A stretch of DNA of 63,953 bases, counting the filler, from Conidiobolus incongruus B7586 (lineage: Eukaryota), in assembly GCA_000697335.1 (NCBI GenBank). It is 22 parts of 22 records of this genome, joined end to end, with 100 filler letters (N's around TTAATTAATTAA, not from the genome) between each part and the next. Parts side by side here need not be neighbours in the genome. Positions count along the whole stretch, not along the records: positions 39,805 to 46,574 come from JNEM01005259.1; positions 46,675 to 51,769 come from JNEM01005262.1; positions 51,870 to 52,905 come from JNEM01005269.1; positions 53,006 to 59,628 come from JNEM01005270.1; 18 more parts are not named here. One strand, given 5' to 3'. Positions 39,705 to 53,600 of the stretch are shown here, in pieces. The translations under genes were made by a program, and so were the position numbers. The notes beneath the pieces were generated by a model. It made no database searches. It was not told the DNA's origin and saw only the letters and a program-made list of their open reading frames with translations. How positions within the stretch are numbered: position 1 is the first letter of the stretch; each line of letters starts with the position of its first letter.

Positions 39705-42637
39705 NNNNNNNNNNNNNNNNNNNNNNNNNNNNNNNNNNNNNNNNNNNNTTAATTAATTAANNNNNNNNNNNNNNNNNNNNNNNNNNNNNNNNNNNNNNNN
39801 NNNNTAATAATATTATATATTATGTTTAATAAATTTAATAATACTTTTGATCTAATTTCTAATTACTTAATAAATTACCTTTTTAAATAATTTAATTGAT
39901 TAAAGCTTATAATTAAAACTAATTTATTTTATATTAGCATTTTTATTATAGATTAAATATTAGGAATATATTATTATTATAATATTTATTAGGTATTGCC
40001 TTTGTATTTTAACACCATTATAATTAAAAAAATTATGCTTATAAATGGGATATAGTTAATTAAGGGATTTTAACTTGGTTTTTAATATATTAACTTTTAT
40101 TATAACTTGTTTTTATTATCTAGTTTATTAAATGAATTAAAAAATATTAATAAAATATATCATTTATAATATATCTATGATTGGCTATAATAAAGACAAT
40201 TTCAAAGGAAAGCTTATTATACAAAAATAATATAAATATAAAAAATTATTAATATTAAAAATATAAATTAAAATAATATAATATAATTTATAAATTTATA
40301 AACAAATATTATTAAATAATGTATTATACTGAACTTTTGAATCTAAGGCCAAAAAATATTAAATTAATATCAATAAATATATTAAAATTAAAAATATAAG
40401 AGTATTATTAATATAATATAATTTTGGGTTTAATTTATTTATATTCAATAAAATAAAATAATATTTTATATCCAATATTATTTTTTACAATAAATATCAT
40501 TTCAATAAAATATATAATAATTATTAATATATATATAGTTTGGATTAAGCAAGATTTTGAAATTATTCTAATATTATATAAATATAAATTAATAAACTAT
40601 TATTTTTTATGATATATTTTTTATTTAGTCATTATGTTTAACTAGGCTTCCAAGATTAATAATGGGACTTACCTTGTTGATGTTTCCAAGCTCAATATAA
40701 GACTTGGACAAAAATAATTTTGATTGACTTTGGATAAGTTTAATGTAAAGGTCTAATAAGTAATTCTTAAACTATGAAATAAAAGATATCAAAATCTATT
40801 ACTTTCACATGAATGCATTATTAATCTAAAAATAGTTACTTAAAAAGTAATAATAAAAATTTTACAAGTTATTTATCCTCTGTATTTTACACACCTAAAT
40901 TCAGTACAATCAAATTAATATATATTCCATAGGATATCTTACTTTATCTCTCTTTCTTTTTTTTAGAATAATTCAAAATACTTTAATATATATTTTTAAA
41001 TTATATTGTTATAAGAATTTTCATTCATTAATTTATCACTAGTATGCAATACAAATAACAACTTATGTCTTTCATATCCAAATAATAATTTAATATTAAA
41101 AGATATATTGTAAATTGTGGCTACTATCAGCGAGTTGATTAAATCATTGAACCAATATAATAGTAAATAAGATCATATTTAAAATTTATTTAATATAAAT
41201 ATTAGATGATAACGAACTATAATAATATTTATAAAATGAATTTGGTAAGTGGTCCAAGTAAGTAAATAATTATTGATTTATTTAGGATAAAATCACTTGA
41301 CTGAACATCAACCAATCCACCCAATATTAATTATGATATGAGTATTTATATTAGACAAATAATATAAGATGCTTAAAATCACCTGAAAATAATATAGGAG
41401 GAGGTAATCATGGTTTCTTTAATTTTATGTTAATTTATAATCTAGAATACACTCTACCCTAGAATTTCCTAAGATTATAATTAAGCTAATGATAAGATTA
41501 TATTAAATTTGATATAATCATGTTTATCTCCATTTGTTTATATTACTTGGATCACTTATATTTTTAATAATTACTTTGTCAGATTTTTGTTAAAAAATTG
41601 TTAAATTTAATTTTAATTTTAATTTTAATTTGAAAGTTATAATAATATGCAGTATTTATAACAAATTTTTTTTCTAATAGAAAACTTCAATATTCAGTTA
41701 CCACATTAATCATCTTACCAATTCAATGCTATTAATGAAAATAAAGCCTAATGACCATTTTAAAGTTACCTCAATTTGAACAAACGATGTGATATAAAAT
41801 GAAATTAGGTCATATAATGTTGGATTAAGAACTTGAAGATTCATATGATTTCATTGAATCATACTGTAATTTATCCAATTTAAATATTCGAGCATTATTA
41901 AATATATAAAATAAAAATAACTTTTAGTATAATAATAAAAATATAATCAAAATATTCAGTAAGAATATATTTTCATATGATTAGATTTTTTTGTCAAGGT
42001 GCTTAAATTTTTGACCATAACAAAATGTTCTCTTTATAATAATTAATTAATTAATATATTAATTATTAAGTAATAGAATTATGGTATTGTTATAATAGTG
42101 AGAAATATTTTAAGATCAAACTGATAAGGATTAAATTTGTCATGTGGCTATTGTGACAAAATGGAGAATTGAATTTATTGTTTTCAAGTTAGAGTACATA
42201 ATAGATGAAGCTGATTGGTGGATGTATTTATCATAGTCAATTAAATGGTTCAAGTGATAAGACCATATGACCTAGAGCAATGATTCTATGAATGACATTG
42301 GATGGAGCTGAAATAAACCAGATTAGAATTCTTGAGTTCAGCCTATTTTGAATGGTATCAATGCTGAAATGAACATGAATAAATAACTGGTTTGGATAAT
42401 TGTAAATTTGAAAGTATATAAATTAAAGTATCAGAAGACCCATTTGAAAAATTTTTTTGATTCATTCAGCTGTTTTGTCAGATGGCTAATTATTAAAACA
42501 GCGATTGTTTTCTTGACTGATAGATTGTTGTGGTTATATATTATCTTATTGAGTCTAGTATATACTTGTTAATTAACTTTATTTATTTGGGTTGATATTA
42601 ATTAGTTTCAATCTCTATTATATTATTTCAATCATCA

Positions 42638-43672
42638 ATGGTGAGTCAGCTTTAGTTTATTAATGCGATCATGTTCAGCTCACATGATCTCTTGTTCTCC
42701 TTATAATTCTGGCATTTAATCATTATTGTATTACATTAAAAACAGCTGACATTAATCATCATTATTTAGGATAAACAGCAGCCTCATCCTCCTCCCATGA
42801 TTCGTACTCTTTCTTATCCTACGATCTCGGTTCAGAACCGTGAATTTCATCCAGATCATCCTCATAGTCCTATTCATCACTTGCCTCCTTCTCAGAATCC
42901 CGACTCTTTCCAATATCCTTCTTGGGACCCATCAAGTGTTAGTCCAATGTTTACAGTTGTACCACCTCCTATCGATCGTCCCAATGTCAAAACAGAACAA
43001 TATCCCACGCATCCTTCAACCCCTGTCACTCACAAACCATATCCTCTTCCCACTCAGCAACAGCATCCGTTTCCTCAGCAGAGCTGGGGATCCGTTGCGC
43101 CTTATTCGTCTTATTACCCCGCTCCAATGAGTGCTGAGCACGCTTCACCAATGGACCAGATAAGACAAGAGTAAGCTCATTTCATTTGATGTATATACAA
43201 TATTCTAATCATTTATCAAAATAGACAGTTGATTCTTCAAGAGAAGCGTAGGAGAAGAAGAGAAAGTCATAATGCGGGTAAGTGAAGTAATTCAAGATCC
43301 ATCAAAGAACTGATCCACTAACCTATATATTTATTTGATTTGATAGTTGAGCGAAGACGAAGAGATGTTATCAATGATCGCATTCAAGATTTAGCTAGCT
43401 TATTACCACAGAACTCCATCCCAGCACACAAATTTAATAAGGGAACCATTTTGACACAGTCGGTGAATTACATCAAATACTTGCAGGACATTCTAAAACA
43501 GCATAATTTGGATGATCACTCATTTGCTGCTCAGACGTGGGACCAATTAGATCTCACGAATGCGAATTTTGGTCCGGCCATCTCATCATCATCGGTGGTA
43601 ACACCAGCTAATCCTTCGCGAGCTTCCTCCCATTTGATAGAAACTTCTAATCCAATGACTTCAAATAACTGA
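42638..43672 (+). CDS. bHLH transcription factor, MiT/TFE-Rtg3-like, 4 exons, 260 aa
   Basis: Exons 42638-42640 (ATG only), 42770-43170, 43225-43277 and 43347-43672 splice in frame to EKRRRRRESHNAVERRRRDVINDRIQDLASLLP...NKGTILTQSVNYIKYLQ. P/S/Q-rich N-terminus. The alternative start is ATG 42797. Confidence 0.9.
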
Positions 43673-46600
43673 ATGTGATTCATATTGATTCTCCTGTATC
43701 ACCAACTTTAACCTGCTTGTAATTAGTTCCAAAATCTTTTATTTAATGTTTCTTAAGAATTATTTATATTTACAACTTTTATTAAGCTAGCATCAAGCTT
43801 AAAGATCCTTTCTAATCACAATAATTAATAAATGATTTATGAATTCTAATAAAAATTAATAATAATGACAATAGATATATGTCATTATATTTAATTATTG
43901 ATATAATAATGATTTAAACTTTCTCAATGCATATATATAAATACTCTATAATAAGTTTATGATCAATAATCATTTATAGTTAATTATATGATAACAAGCT
44001 CATAAATTCAAAACATATTGTAATTATAAAATAAAAAAGTATTATACTATTTTGCTTAATAATTATTAATAATGATAAACGTTGTTAATACTATCATTGA
44101 ATATATGTTTATTTTACTATGTATCTCTCAAGACAAATTTAAAATTAGTAAAACATAATCAATATATTTATTATATAATCATAATTTTGGATATTGTGCA
44201 ATATTATGATGACATAATTTCACAAGCTTAAGTAGTCAAGTCAAGAAGAGTGATGAATTGAAGGTGAAGAGGGAGAATAGAAGAGAATAGGGAAATCAAC
44301 CCTGGGAGATAACTCCAATGATTGAATGAGAAAAAATTAATTGATAAAATTAATCATTTATACCATGCTGTTTAAAAAATATTAAAACTGAATAATATGG
44401 ATAAACTAATATTTTTAATGAAATAATAATATTTTATTTATATTTTTGTACTACCTTTAACTAAAACCTAACTTATTTTGTTAAATTAAATATAAATTAT
44501 TTATTTTTACCGATATCGGCGTTAGAATTAATTTGAAAATTTTTTAAAATAAATTTAAAAAATGAAACATTTATAGAATTAAATATTACTTAATCTTTCT
44601 TGACAGTTTTTAATTGAATACTTTTTTCATTTTATGGTTGTGCTACTCTTTTCCCCGAATGAGCTCCATTATGACCTTCATCAGTACTACAATCATCAGG
44701 ATATTTGGTGAGTTTGTGACTCATCTAGCTAAAGAATTGGCTGTGACAATCGATCAATTATTGAGAAATTTATATCTTTTATTCCATATAAAACACGTAT
44801 TTTCGCTTTTTAGAAGTAATTATAATAACCTGGTTTTGATATTGGATATTTTATCAAATTGTAACATATTTTAGCTTTATCACTAGTATTAAGTTACTAA
44901 AATAACATTGATTTATTTAATATGGAAATTTAATCAATTTATTAAATTATAATTTGTAAAATACTTTATAAATTCTAAATTCTTCAATTGCTCACCATGC
45001 TATTATTTATATATCAAATAATATAATATGATTCAGCGAATACTTGCATCATCTTTTTGGTATAATATTAAATTATCAGTATTTTATGAAATTTATGTAT
45101 ATTTAATCTTAGTATCCTCAAATTTTATACAACTTATATCCCTCAAGTGTATCAATTTTATTGTATATTTAAAATTAAAATATATACTTTGTATATATTG
45201 AAATATTTCAATTATAAATTTGATAAATTAATTTTTCAATATCGATTTATTTCTAAGTTAATTAATATAATCAGACACTTATCAATAGTATTAATGTGTA
45301 TTCAATGTTAAATAACAATTTAAATATCAAATCAGTATATCTAGAATGATTAATTGTTGATTCATAATAATTTTAGGAGATTCAATGTGAATAGACCTGA
45401 TAAAAGCAAAATGATTTTTCACTTTAAATAAAGTATAATGATTAGCAGCTAATCTATTCTTACTTAAATATATCAAAGCAATCATTTCAATTATAGACAT
45501 AATTAAAAACATAATTTTTTACAATTATAATACTACCAAATTTATTACCTTATTCTATTTCAATAAAACATTAGGAAAAAGAATGAACATTGACCAATTT
45601 ATCTAAATTACACTTTAATTAAAACATTAAATTTGGCCAAATTAAGCTAAAAATTTTAATTTTGGTTGAATAAGCGAAATTATAACAAGACAAAAAATAA
45701 TACCAAATTTCTTGTATTAATAAAATTTATTCTGAGAAATTTAAGCGATTTAGTTTGATTTGTATTTAAATTTTTTAATTAAGGATTAATTACTTTCAAG
45801 TGTTTAATATGAAATCAAGTAACTTTGAATCTAATATAAATATACTCTTGACATCATACTGGTATTAATATAATAACTTGATTAATTTTGCTCTTCTCCA
45901 ATTCATGATTATATTATAATTATTTTGAAATAGATTATGTAATAAATAAAATGTTTAAATTTCAGTAAAACTATCAAAATATCACTACCAGAATATTTTA
46001 GTCAACAAAAGGAAATTTAAAAATTAGCCAATAGACACTGTTAAATTGAATAAAAGAATGCGTTCATTGATAAAATCCCACACCGACCCATTAACTATTA
46101 TTCAAATATAGTATTAGTCTAAAATAAAACCTTTTTATTGGTTAAACAACTTATAATATTTAACATCCAGAAATATATGAAATTGATAATGTACAAATAA
46201 GGACATGAATATTATAAAACTGAATCACAATTGATAATAATTCAGATTTATAGTTGGTTTATTCAGTTAAACCAAAAAATTTTAAAAAATTATATATAAA
46301 TTTAATATTATAATAAAAAAACTTACTTAAAAAAATTATAAAGTATTTATATATAGGTATATTAAGGCTTGTAAATTCAATATTCTTAATAATAACAAAA
46401 TAATATCAATGCTATATTAAATAAATATTTATAAATATATAAATGGATTTTAAAAAAACTAAAATATTTATTATTATATTGATAATAAATAAAATTCATT
46501 ATATAATCTGAATAGATATAATGTCAAAATAATTTATTTAAATAATGTATATTTATATAAAATTAATATAAATTNNNNNNNNNNNNNNNNNNNNNNNNNN

Positions 46601-47638
46601 NNNNNNNNNNNNNNNNNNTTAATTAATTAANNNNNNNNNNNNNNNNNNNNNNNNNNNNNNNNNNNNNNNNNNNNTCAATTTCAATATTACTTATTTTGAT
46701 ATTAAAATTATCAATTAAAATATTTAAATCAAAAATAATTTATTATATTAAGAAATTAGTTTATGAAATTCCTGTAAAGAATTTTTTATAATTTTATTAA
46801 ATCAAATAGTTAAATTAAATTATTTTTAAAAAAATAATTTAATTATATAAATGATATTAATCAAGTTAATAAATATTTTTTCCTTTTTAATTTTTATTGT
46901 TTTTCTTATTTTAAATATTATTTCCAAAATTTGAATTATATCTATCTAATATTTATTTATATTAATTTATATGTTTATAAAACTTAAACATACCTTGTTT
47001 ACTGATATATTAATTTGACACATAGATATTAAATCTTTTTTATATTATATTGGTTTTATGACCATTATATTTATATATCTGAATATACCTATATATATAT
47101 ATATATATACACTATTTATAACTATAAAGTTATATATATTTTTTATATAAGATTTAAAATCAAAGTTTAATAAAACATTTGCAAATTAGAAATTAAAAAA
47201 TTTGTCATTCTTTTAATCTAAAGTGATAATATATTGCTTTAATATTTCAAAAGTCACTTTTTTCATATAAAATTTTGAAAAAAATCATAATCATAATTTT
47301 AAATAAAAATATTTACATAATCTGAACATATGCCATTAGTGATTTTAATTTTTTATTATATTCAAACCATAAATTAGACATTGAAAAACAATAATTGATT
47401 TTATATAATGATAGGCTTTATTACATCAACCTTAGATACTACTAATGCTTTTAAGATTTTTTAATAATTTTATGTAAAGAATATAATGATAATAACTTTG
47501 AAATTTTATTATAGTAAATCATATGCATATAAGATAATAGAACTAGATTGAGCGAATGAAAGATTTAGCAATCTTAGCATATATTAAAATTCATTAATTC
47601 AATTCAAGATGCTAGGTCAAGTCAGAAAAGTGATGAAA

Positions 47639-50229
47639 TTACTTCATTAAATGGGCAATGATTTCTTTGTCTTGTTTAACAGTTTCCATCAAGTGAGTGA
47701 GAGTAGATTGGTGGTCGTCCAGGATATTCTTGATCAAGTTTAACTGGTTGTGATCAAGGGTGTTGAAGCGTGTGAGCGAATGATTGCTAGAATGAGAGTA
47801 TTTGTTGGACTGTTGCTCTCTGATCTGTTGAAGTTTAATCCAAAGATCATTGATGATGCTAATTTGTTTCCTTGGCTGGAAATGGTGATTATATAATTTA
47901 TCTAAGCGAGAATTTAGTGAACTTTCCTTGGTGCTAACATTTTTCGAAGTTTTTTGGAGCAGGAAAAGTTTAGAGTGAACCTTGAGAATGCGCGTAGTTA
48001 GTTCAGAATGTCTTCGACGAATAAGTAATAAGCGATCTTGATGATCAACTTGCTGTCTATGACGAAGATCAGACAATCCTTGGAGAAGACTTTGAATGGT
48101 ATCGGCTTGTGTCTTGGCAGGTTGATTTTGGATTTTGGCTCTCTTTAAAACGTCGGTAAATGATTTGGCTAGAGCTGGAATCAATTTTGAGGGATCTGGA
48201 TTATCAGATTGAGCATTGTTCCATAAGATCTCGGATTGTTCTGGAGGTCTTACAACTCTGTGGATATTAGCAGGGTCGATGTCATTATAGAAATAGTGTG
48301 TGAATTTGCATTGAGGAGAAGAGGGATCTAAACTGTCTTTGATAGACATAATCCCATCCCAAAGGATAGTGTCATGCTTTGTAGCTGGCTCTCTCTGTTT
48401 GATGGTGATTGGAGCAAAAAGAGAAGGAACTGAAGTAGCTGAGGTTGTATTGACTGATGTACTTGCTAATGAAGTTGTGCCCTTAGAATCAGTAGAACTG
48501 AAAAGTTTTGATGGAGTAGAGGAGCTGGATACTTGAGAGGCAGATGTATTAAAGGAAAAGGATGGTGCTGATGATGTGGTAGAAGTGGTGGATGCTGTAG
48601 AAGACTGGGTTGATCCAGGAGCACCAAAAGAGAATGTGGTAGGTGTAATAGCAGGCTTAGATGTTTCAGTTGCAGTTGAAGAGCCAAAAGAAAAAGTAGA
48701 AGGTGCTGCGGGTTTAGAGGTTTCAGTAGTTGTGGAAGAACCAAATGAGGGTATAGTTGAGGCAGTAACAGACTTAGATGTTTCAGCTGCGGTAGAAGGG
48801 TTAAAAGAGAATGCAGGACTAGCAGTAGGGGGTTTAGATGTTTCAGCGGTCGATGAAGAACCAAAAGAAAATGCAGAAGTAGTGGCTGGTTTGGATGATT
48901 CAGTGGTTGTCGAGGAACCGAAGGAGAATCCACTAGTAGTAACTGGTTTAGATGTTTCCGTACTTGTTGAAGAAGCAAACGAGAACGGTGAAGTAGCAGC
49001 GGGTTTAGGCGCTTCAGTGGCTGTCGAAGAACCGAAAGGAGTTGTAGTGGAAGCTGTGGGCCTGGATGTTTCAGTAGTTGTGGAGGTTCCAAAAGCGAAA
49101 GAGGTAGGAGTAACTGATTTAGATGTATCGGTTGTGGTGGGAGAGCCAAATGAGAAAGTAGGGGCTGTAGTTGATTTTGCTGGTTCAGTAGCTGTTGAAG
49201 TACCAAACGAAAATGTAGAGGGAGCAGCAGGTTTAGATGTTCCGGTAGTGGTCGGAGAGCCAAAGGAAATTGGAGATGTGGGCTTTGATGTTCCAGTATT
49301 GGTTAAAGAACCAAATGAAAAAGTATTGGAAGCAGGCTTTGATCCTTCAACATTGGTAGTTGATTTGGCAGCATCTACTGTGGTAGTAGTAGTTCCAAAA
49401 CTAAAGGCCGAATTGGATGTGGCACTGGGTTTTGAATCAGTAGTATTAGAACCAAATGAAAAAGCAGGTTTTTCTGTGGTGGACTGAGTAGAAGTGGCAG
49501 CAGGTGATAAAGTATTAGAAAAAGAGAAAATAGGTGCTGAGGTGTTTGATGTAGCAGTGCTATTAACTGTTGGAGAATTTGACCCAAAAGCGCCAGTGGA
49601 TGAGCCAAAAAAAGAGCTGGTTTGGGTAGTTGGTACACTGGCTTGAAAAGTAGAAGTTGATGCAGCACTTGAGGCAGGAGGATTAGCTGAAGTAGTGCTG
49701 GAGGTTAAAGAGTTACTCTGAGAAGTGGTACTATTTCCAAATCCAAAACTTGGAGTTGTTGGAGTATTATTAGCATTACTTTCAGAGGGTTTGGCCTGGA
49801 ATCCGGACGCAGAAAAGATTGAATTAGTATTTGAAGTATTACCAAATGATGAGTTATTGTTTGAACCCAAACTAAATCCGGTTCCACTTGATCCAGAGGA
49901 GGGATTGTTTTGTGAAGTATTAGTGTTGCTAGACGCACCGAAGGCTGGGGTTGACTGAGAAGCTGTAGAAGAAGCTCCAAAATTAAATGATGAATTATTA
50001 TTTGAGGAATTTGAGCCAAAAGAGAAGGTGTTGGATGAATTTGGGGCAGTATTGGTAGTGGTATTGGAGCCAAAGAGAGAAGGTTGAGAAGTTTGAGAAG
50101 TTTGAGGATTGCTAGAGGCATTGTTTGCCGAAGAACCAGAAGAATTTTGGTTATTCTGATTCTGATTAAAACCTAAATATTAATTAACATTGTATTATTT
50201 AAGCAAGTAGGTAGCTTACCATAAGACAT
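47639..50229 (-). CDS. NUP57: FG-repeat nucleoporin Nup57/Nup54 family, 2 exons, 847 aa
   Basis: Exon 1 50229-50220 (MSYG), 47-nt intron, exon 2 50172-47639 in frame with the track ORF. Many FSFG repeats. C-terminal DPSSPQCKFTHYFYN...W...NPDPSKLIPAL..F..V.KR plus coiled coil is typical of Nup54/57/44. Confidence 0.85.
48560..49470 (-). repeat. Coding tandem repeat, ~57-nt (19-aa) unit TETSKPAAxSTFSFGSST
   Basis: Plus-strand 'gatgtttcag...gaagaaccaaa' recurs every ~54-60 nt. Confidence 0.85.
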
Positions 50230-51123
50230 TATATTTTATTATTTTTGAGGATATCTATAGTCAGTGTTTTATTTTATTAAGCCTCAAGTTTATTTCAATT
50301 TGATATGATCTGACTTGATGTATAGGATGCTTTGATATATTTAATTATTTTCACTAAAGAATTTAATTTATGGGTTGATTTGGAATATTGAAATATGAGA
50401 ATCTTAAAATCTCAATTTCATTATCGATTTTCTTTTACATTTCAATTTCAAATATTTAATCCATCGCAAATTAATAAAAAGGTTGATGAAAGTATTGAAA
50501 TTATGAAGTTTTAAAGTACAGCCCCATGTATATATAACCAAGATATTATACATATTAATCATTAAAAATACGGAACGAAATATACTTTATTTTATATCAT
50601 TTGAATTGTATAATTATTTACTTTAAATGATAATAGTATATTAAATTGTTGTATTTTTATTAACTGTAATAACTCATTTTTTCATTTTTATTGTATTTTA
50701 AATATTATGAAATAACTTTATATTGTTTCACTTAAACAAATTAAAAATCAATATAACATTTACTTAATATAATTGGATACTTTTTATATAAATAATTGCA
50801 TTAATGTTAGCATTTAAAAAATTAATATTGTTATTCTTAATTTTTGAAAAATTTTAATAGTATTTCTTGACAAATGCTCAGTTAGTAGCGAATTATATTC
50901 TTTTATATTGAAAATTTTATTTAAATTATATTTTAATATATATTTAAATATTATTCATTAAATTCCCTATTTTTTAGATTAAATTTTAATAATTATATAG
51001 ATTTTAAACTTAATACTCCATATTTAATTTATTTAAAATAATAAATTAAAAATAAATATTTTATATTATAATATCTGGATCTGAATAATATTAGTATTAA
51101 GCAAAAATATATTAAATATATAA

Positions 51124-51510
51124 ATGAATTTTACAACATTAAGTTTGATATATTTAATTTTAATTTATTTTATGTATAATTATAGTTGTATATATATGTC
51201 ATAATATAAGGCATGTTCTTGTTAATAGATGGTGCTTTGATAGATGCAATTAGCATTTTAGTTGCATTTTCCATGATATAAATATATTTTTTTCAAATGA
51301 TAAGAAAACACTCTCTTAGCTGGATACTTACTTTCACCATCTATTCACAATTAAATATAACATAACTTTTTTGACCAGACAGAATGACTTCCAACGATAA
51401 TAACTCTAATATGAATTTTCACTTTCCTGAAACTTATGGAACTATAAACAATAGAGTTTTACAATAATTATAATCTGAAACTTAGCTCTAATTAATAATA
51501 TTTCTTCAAA
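51124..51510 (+). pseudogene. Possible second F-box gene relic
   Basis: MNFTTLS.DIFN then HVLVNRWCFDRCN*HFSCIFHD in a slightly GC-richer island. Resemblance to an F-box N-terminus only. Confidence 0.3.
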
Positions 51511-51869
51511 TTATTATTGATTAACCTATATAAAGTTATTTCTATTATTATTATTATTATTATTTAATTTCATTTTGTAAAATATATTCAGCTTAAAGAT
51601 ATATTAAATAATTATATATATATTAATGAAGCTATTATTATATTTCATAAAAATATATTTTTATCATATATTTAATATTAAATCATAGTAATGTTCAAAA
51701 TTGATAATTTTAAAAATTAAATTTTACTTCAATTTCCTCTATATATATTATATTAGATTTAATTTAATANNNNNNNNNNNNNNNNNNNNNNNNNNNNNNN
51801 NNNNNNNNNNNNNTTAATTAATTAANNNNNNNNNNNNNNNNNNNNNNNNNNNNNNNNNNNNNNNNNNNN

Positions 51870-52905
51870 TATAAACTTAACAAAAAAATGAATGAAATTA
51901 TTAAAATAATTTAATAATTTAAATATAAATATATGTTGATTTTTGTTTATAAGTATAATAAAGGTTTTTACATAATTAAGTTTAGTTAAATTAATATTAA
52001 TTTTTTAAAAAAAAATAATATAACTATAGAAAAAGATAAAAAAAGCACTAAAAATATATTTTGATAATTTTAAAGATAATTTATTTTCTTGAATAATTTA
52101 TAAAACTTAATCAACATATTAAATATATTCTTCTTTAATTTTTAAATAGATTAAAATATTATCTAAGTAAATAATGATAAAGTTATTAAAAACAAGGTTA
52201 AAAAAGGAATTGATAAATTAAGAAAAAATTATAAGGGTATTATACAGTCTAAAGTTTATAATCGTAAATTTATAATAGCTTAATAAAGTATTAAAAATAA
52301 TTCAAAAAATAGAATTTTCTTTAATTTTAATATTATAATAACTATTTCTAACATTTAATCTAATGAATATAATTGATTTAAGTAATTTATCTTTAATATT
52401 ATATAGGTTTAATAATAAAGTTTTATTTTTAATAATTTTAAAGTTTAAAACATAGTTATTAATATATAATTTTTAAATATCATTAACCTTTTATATAAAG
52501 AGAATAAAAGATTTTTATGATAAGGAAAAAGGTTTTATATACCTATTTTCATATATTTTTTAGATTTTTTCTTTTAAAGTTTAATATTATTCAAGAGATA
52601 AATGGTAAGTAAATTTTAAATATAGTTAAATATTTAATAAAAGTTTAATTTTATGTTTAATATTATATTTAAAATTAATTTACTTATAAGTTTAAAAATA
52701 TTAGCAAATTAACTTATTATACTATATAAAAAATGGTTATTAATTATAACTTTATTAAAATCAACAGATAAAATATTAATAGATGAATAATAAATAAATA
52801 CATATCTATAAATTATTAAGGTTTTTAATTAGTTTTTTATATTAATTTTTTTTATAATAATAAAATTATTTAACATAATTGTAGAGTTGGTATTAGATAA
52901 AATAT
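51870..52905 (+). mobile_element. Degenerate repeat paralogous to 10600-11464 (3' region of the probable MULE)
   Basis: Shared blocks such as 'aaatagattaaaatattatc', 'aaaagg(g)aattgat' and 'aagagataaatggtaa'. This copy has ~170 extra nt around 52390-52560. Confidence 0.7.
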
Positions 52906-53005
52906 NNNNNNNNNNNNNNNNNNNNNNNNNNNNNNNNNNNNNNNNNNNNTTAATTAATTAANNNNNNNNNNNNNNNNNNNNNNNNNNNNNNNNNNNNNNN
53001 NNNNN

Positions 53006-53600
53006 TTATAGTATTAAATTAAAAAGAGCCATATATATTATAAATAACAATAATTAAATATTTCATTTAAATTAAAATAATAATTAATATAAAATATTAC
53101 AAAATAATATTTAATTTATAATTTAATCTTTATTGGAATGTTAAGTAAGAATAAATTTGATATTCTTTTAAATATAGTGATTTTTAATTGATATTATTAA
53201 AATTATTTAACCTTAATCATTATTTATCATAATAATTATAAAATATATAAACCTAAAATTATAAAAGATTTTGTAAATATTTTTAATTATCTTGAGCTAT
53301 TATATTGAGTAGATTTTTTAGTCTATAAATAATAAAATTACAATTGCTTTAAAGAATTAAAAATATAACTTAAAAAAATAAAATTTTGCAAAAAAATTGA
53401 TCACCTTATAATATATTTTATTCAAGCTTAAATTAAAAAAACTATTATCAAACAAATAGAAGCTTACCAAAAATATGATAAAAAGTTATTTATAATAAAA
53501 GAACTATTCATTTTCTATTATATATTTATTTCTGTAATTAATATATTAATATGTTGATATATTATGACTTAAAAATTCTTATTATTTAAAATCTAAAGTA
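53006..53600 (+). mobile_element. Old, diverged mariner 3' half
   Basis: 'cataataattataaaatatataaacctaaaattataaaagatttt' (HDNCKIHK..) and 'agaagcttaccaaaaatatgataaaaagttatt' (LPKVWKRVI). Confidence 0.7.

Noticed and set aside
39805..40330. Possible mutated kinase (DFGLA-like 'gattttaacttggtt') or other gene relic
   Set aside because: Single motif obtained only after back-mutation, with no second copy to support it.
48576..49487. 303-aa V/E-rich plus-strand ORF (and the 265-aa alternative-frame ORF 48466-49263)
   Set aside because: Antisense or frame shadows of the S/T-rich nucleoporin repeat.
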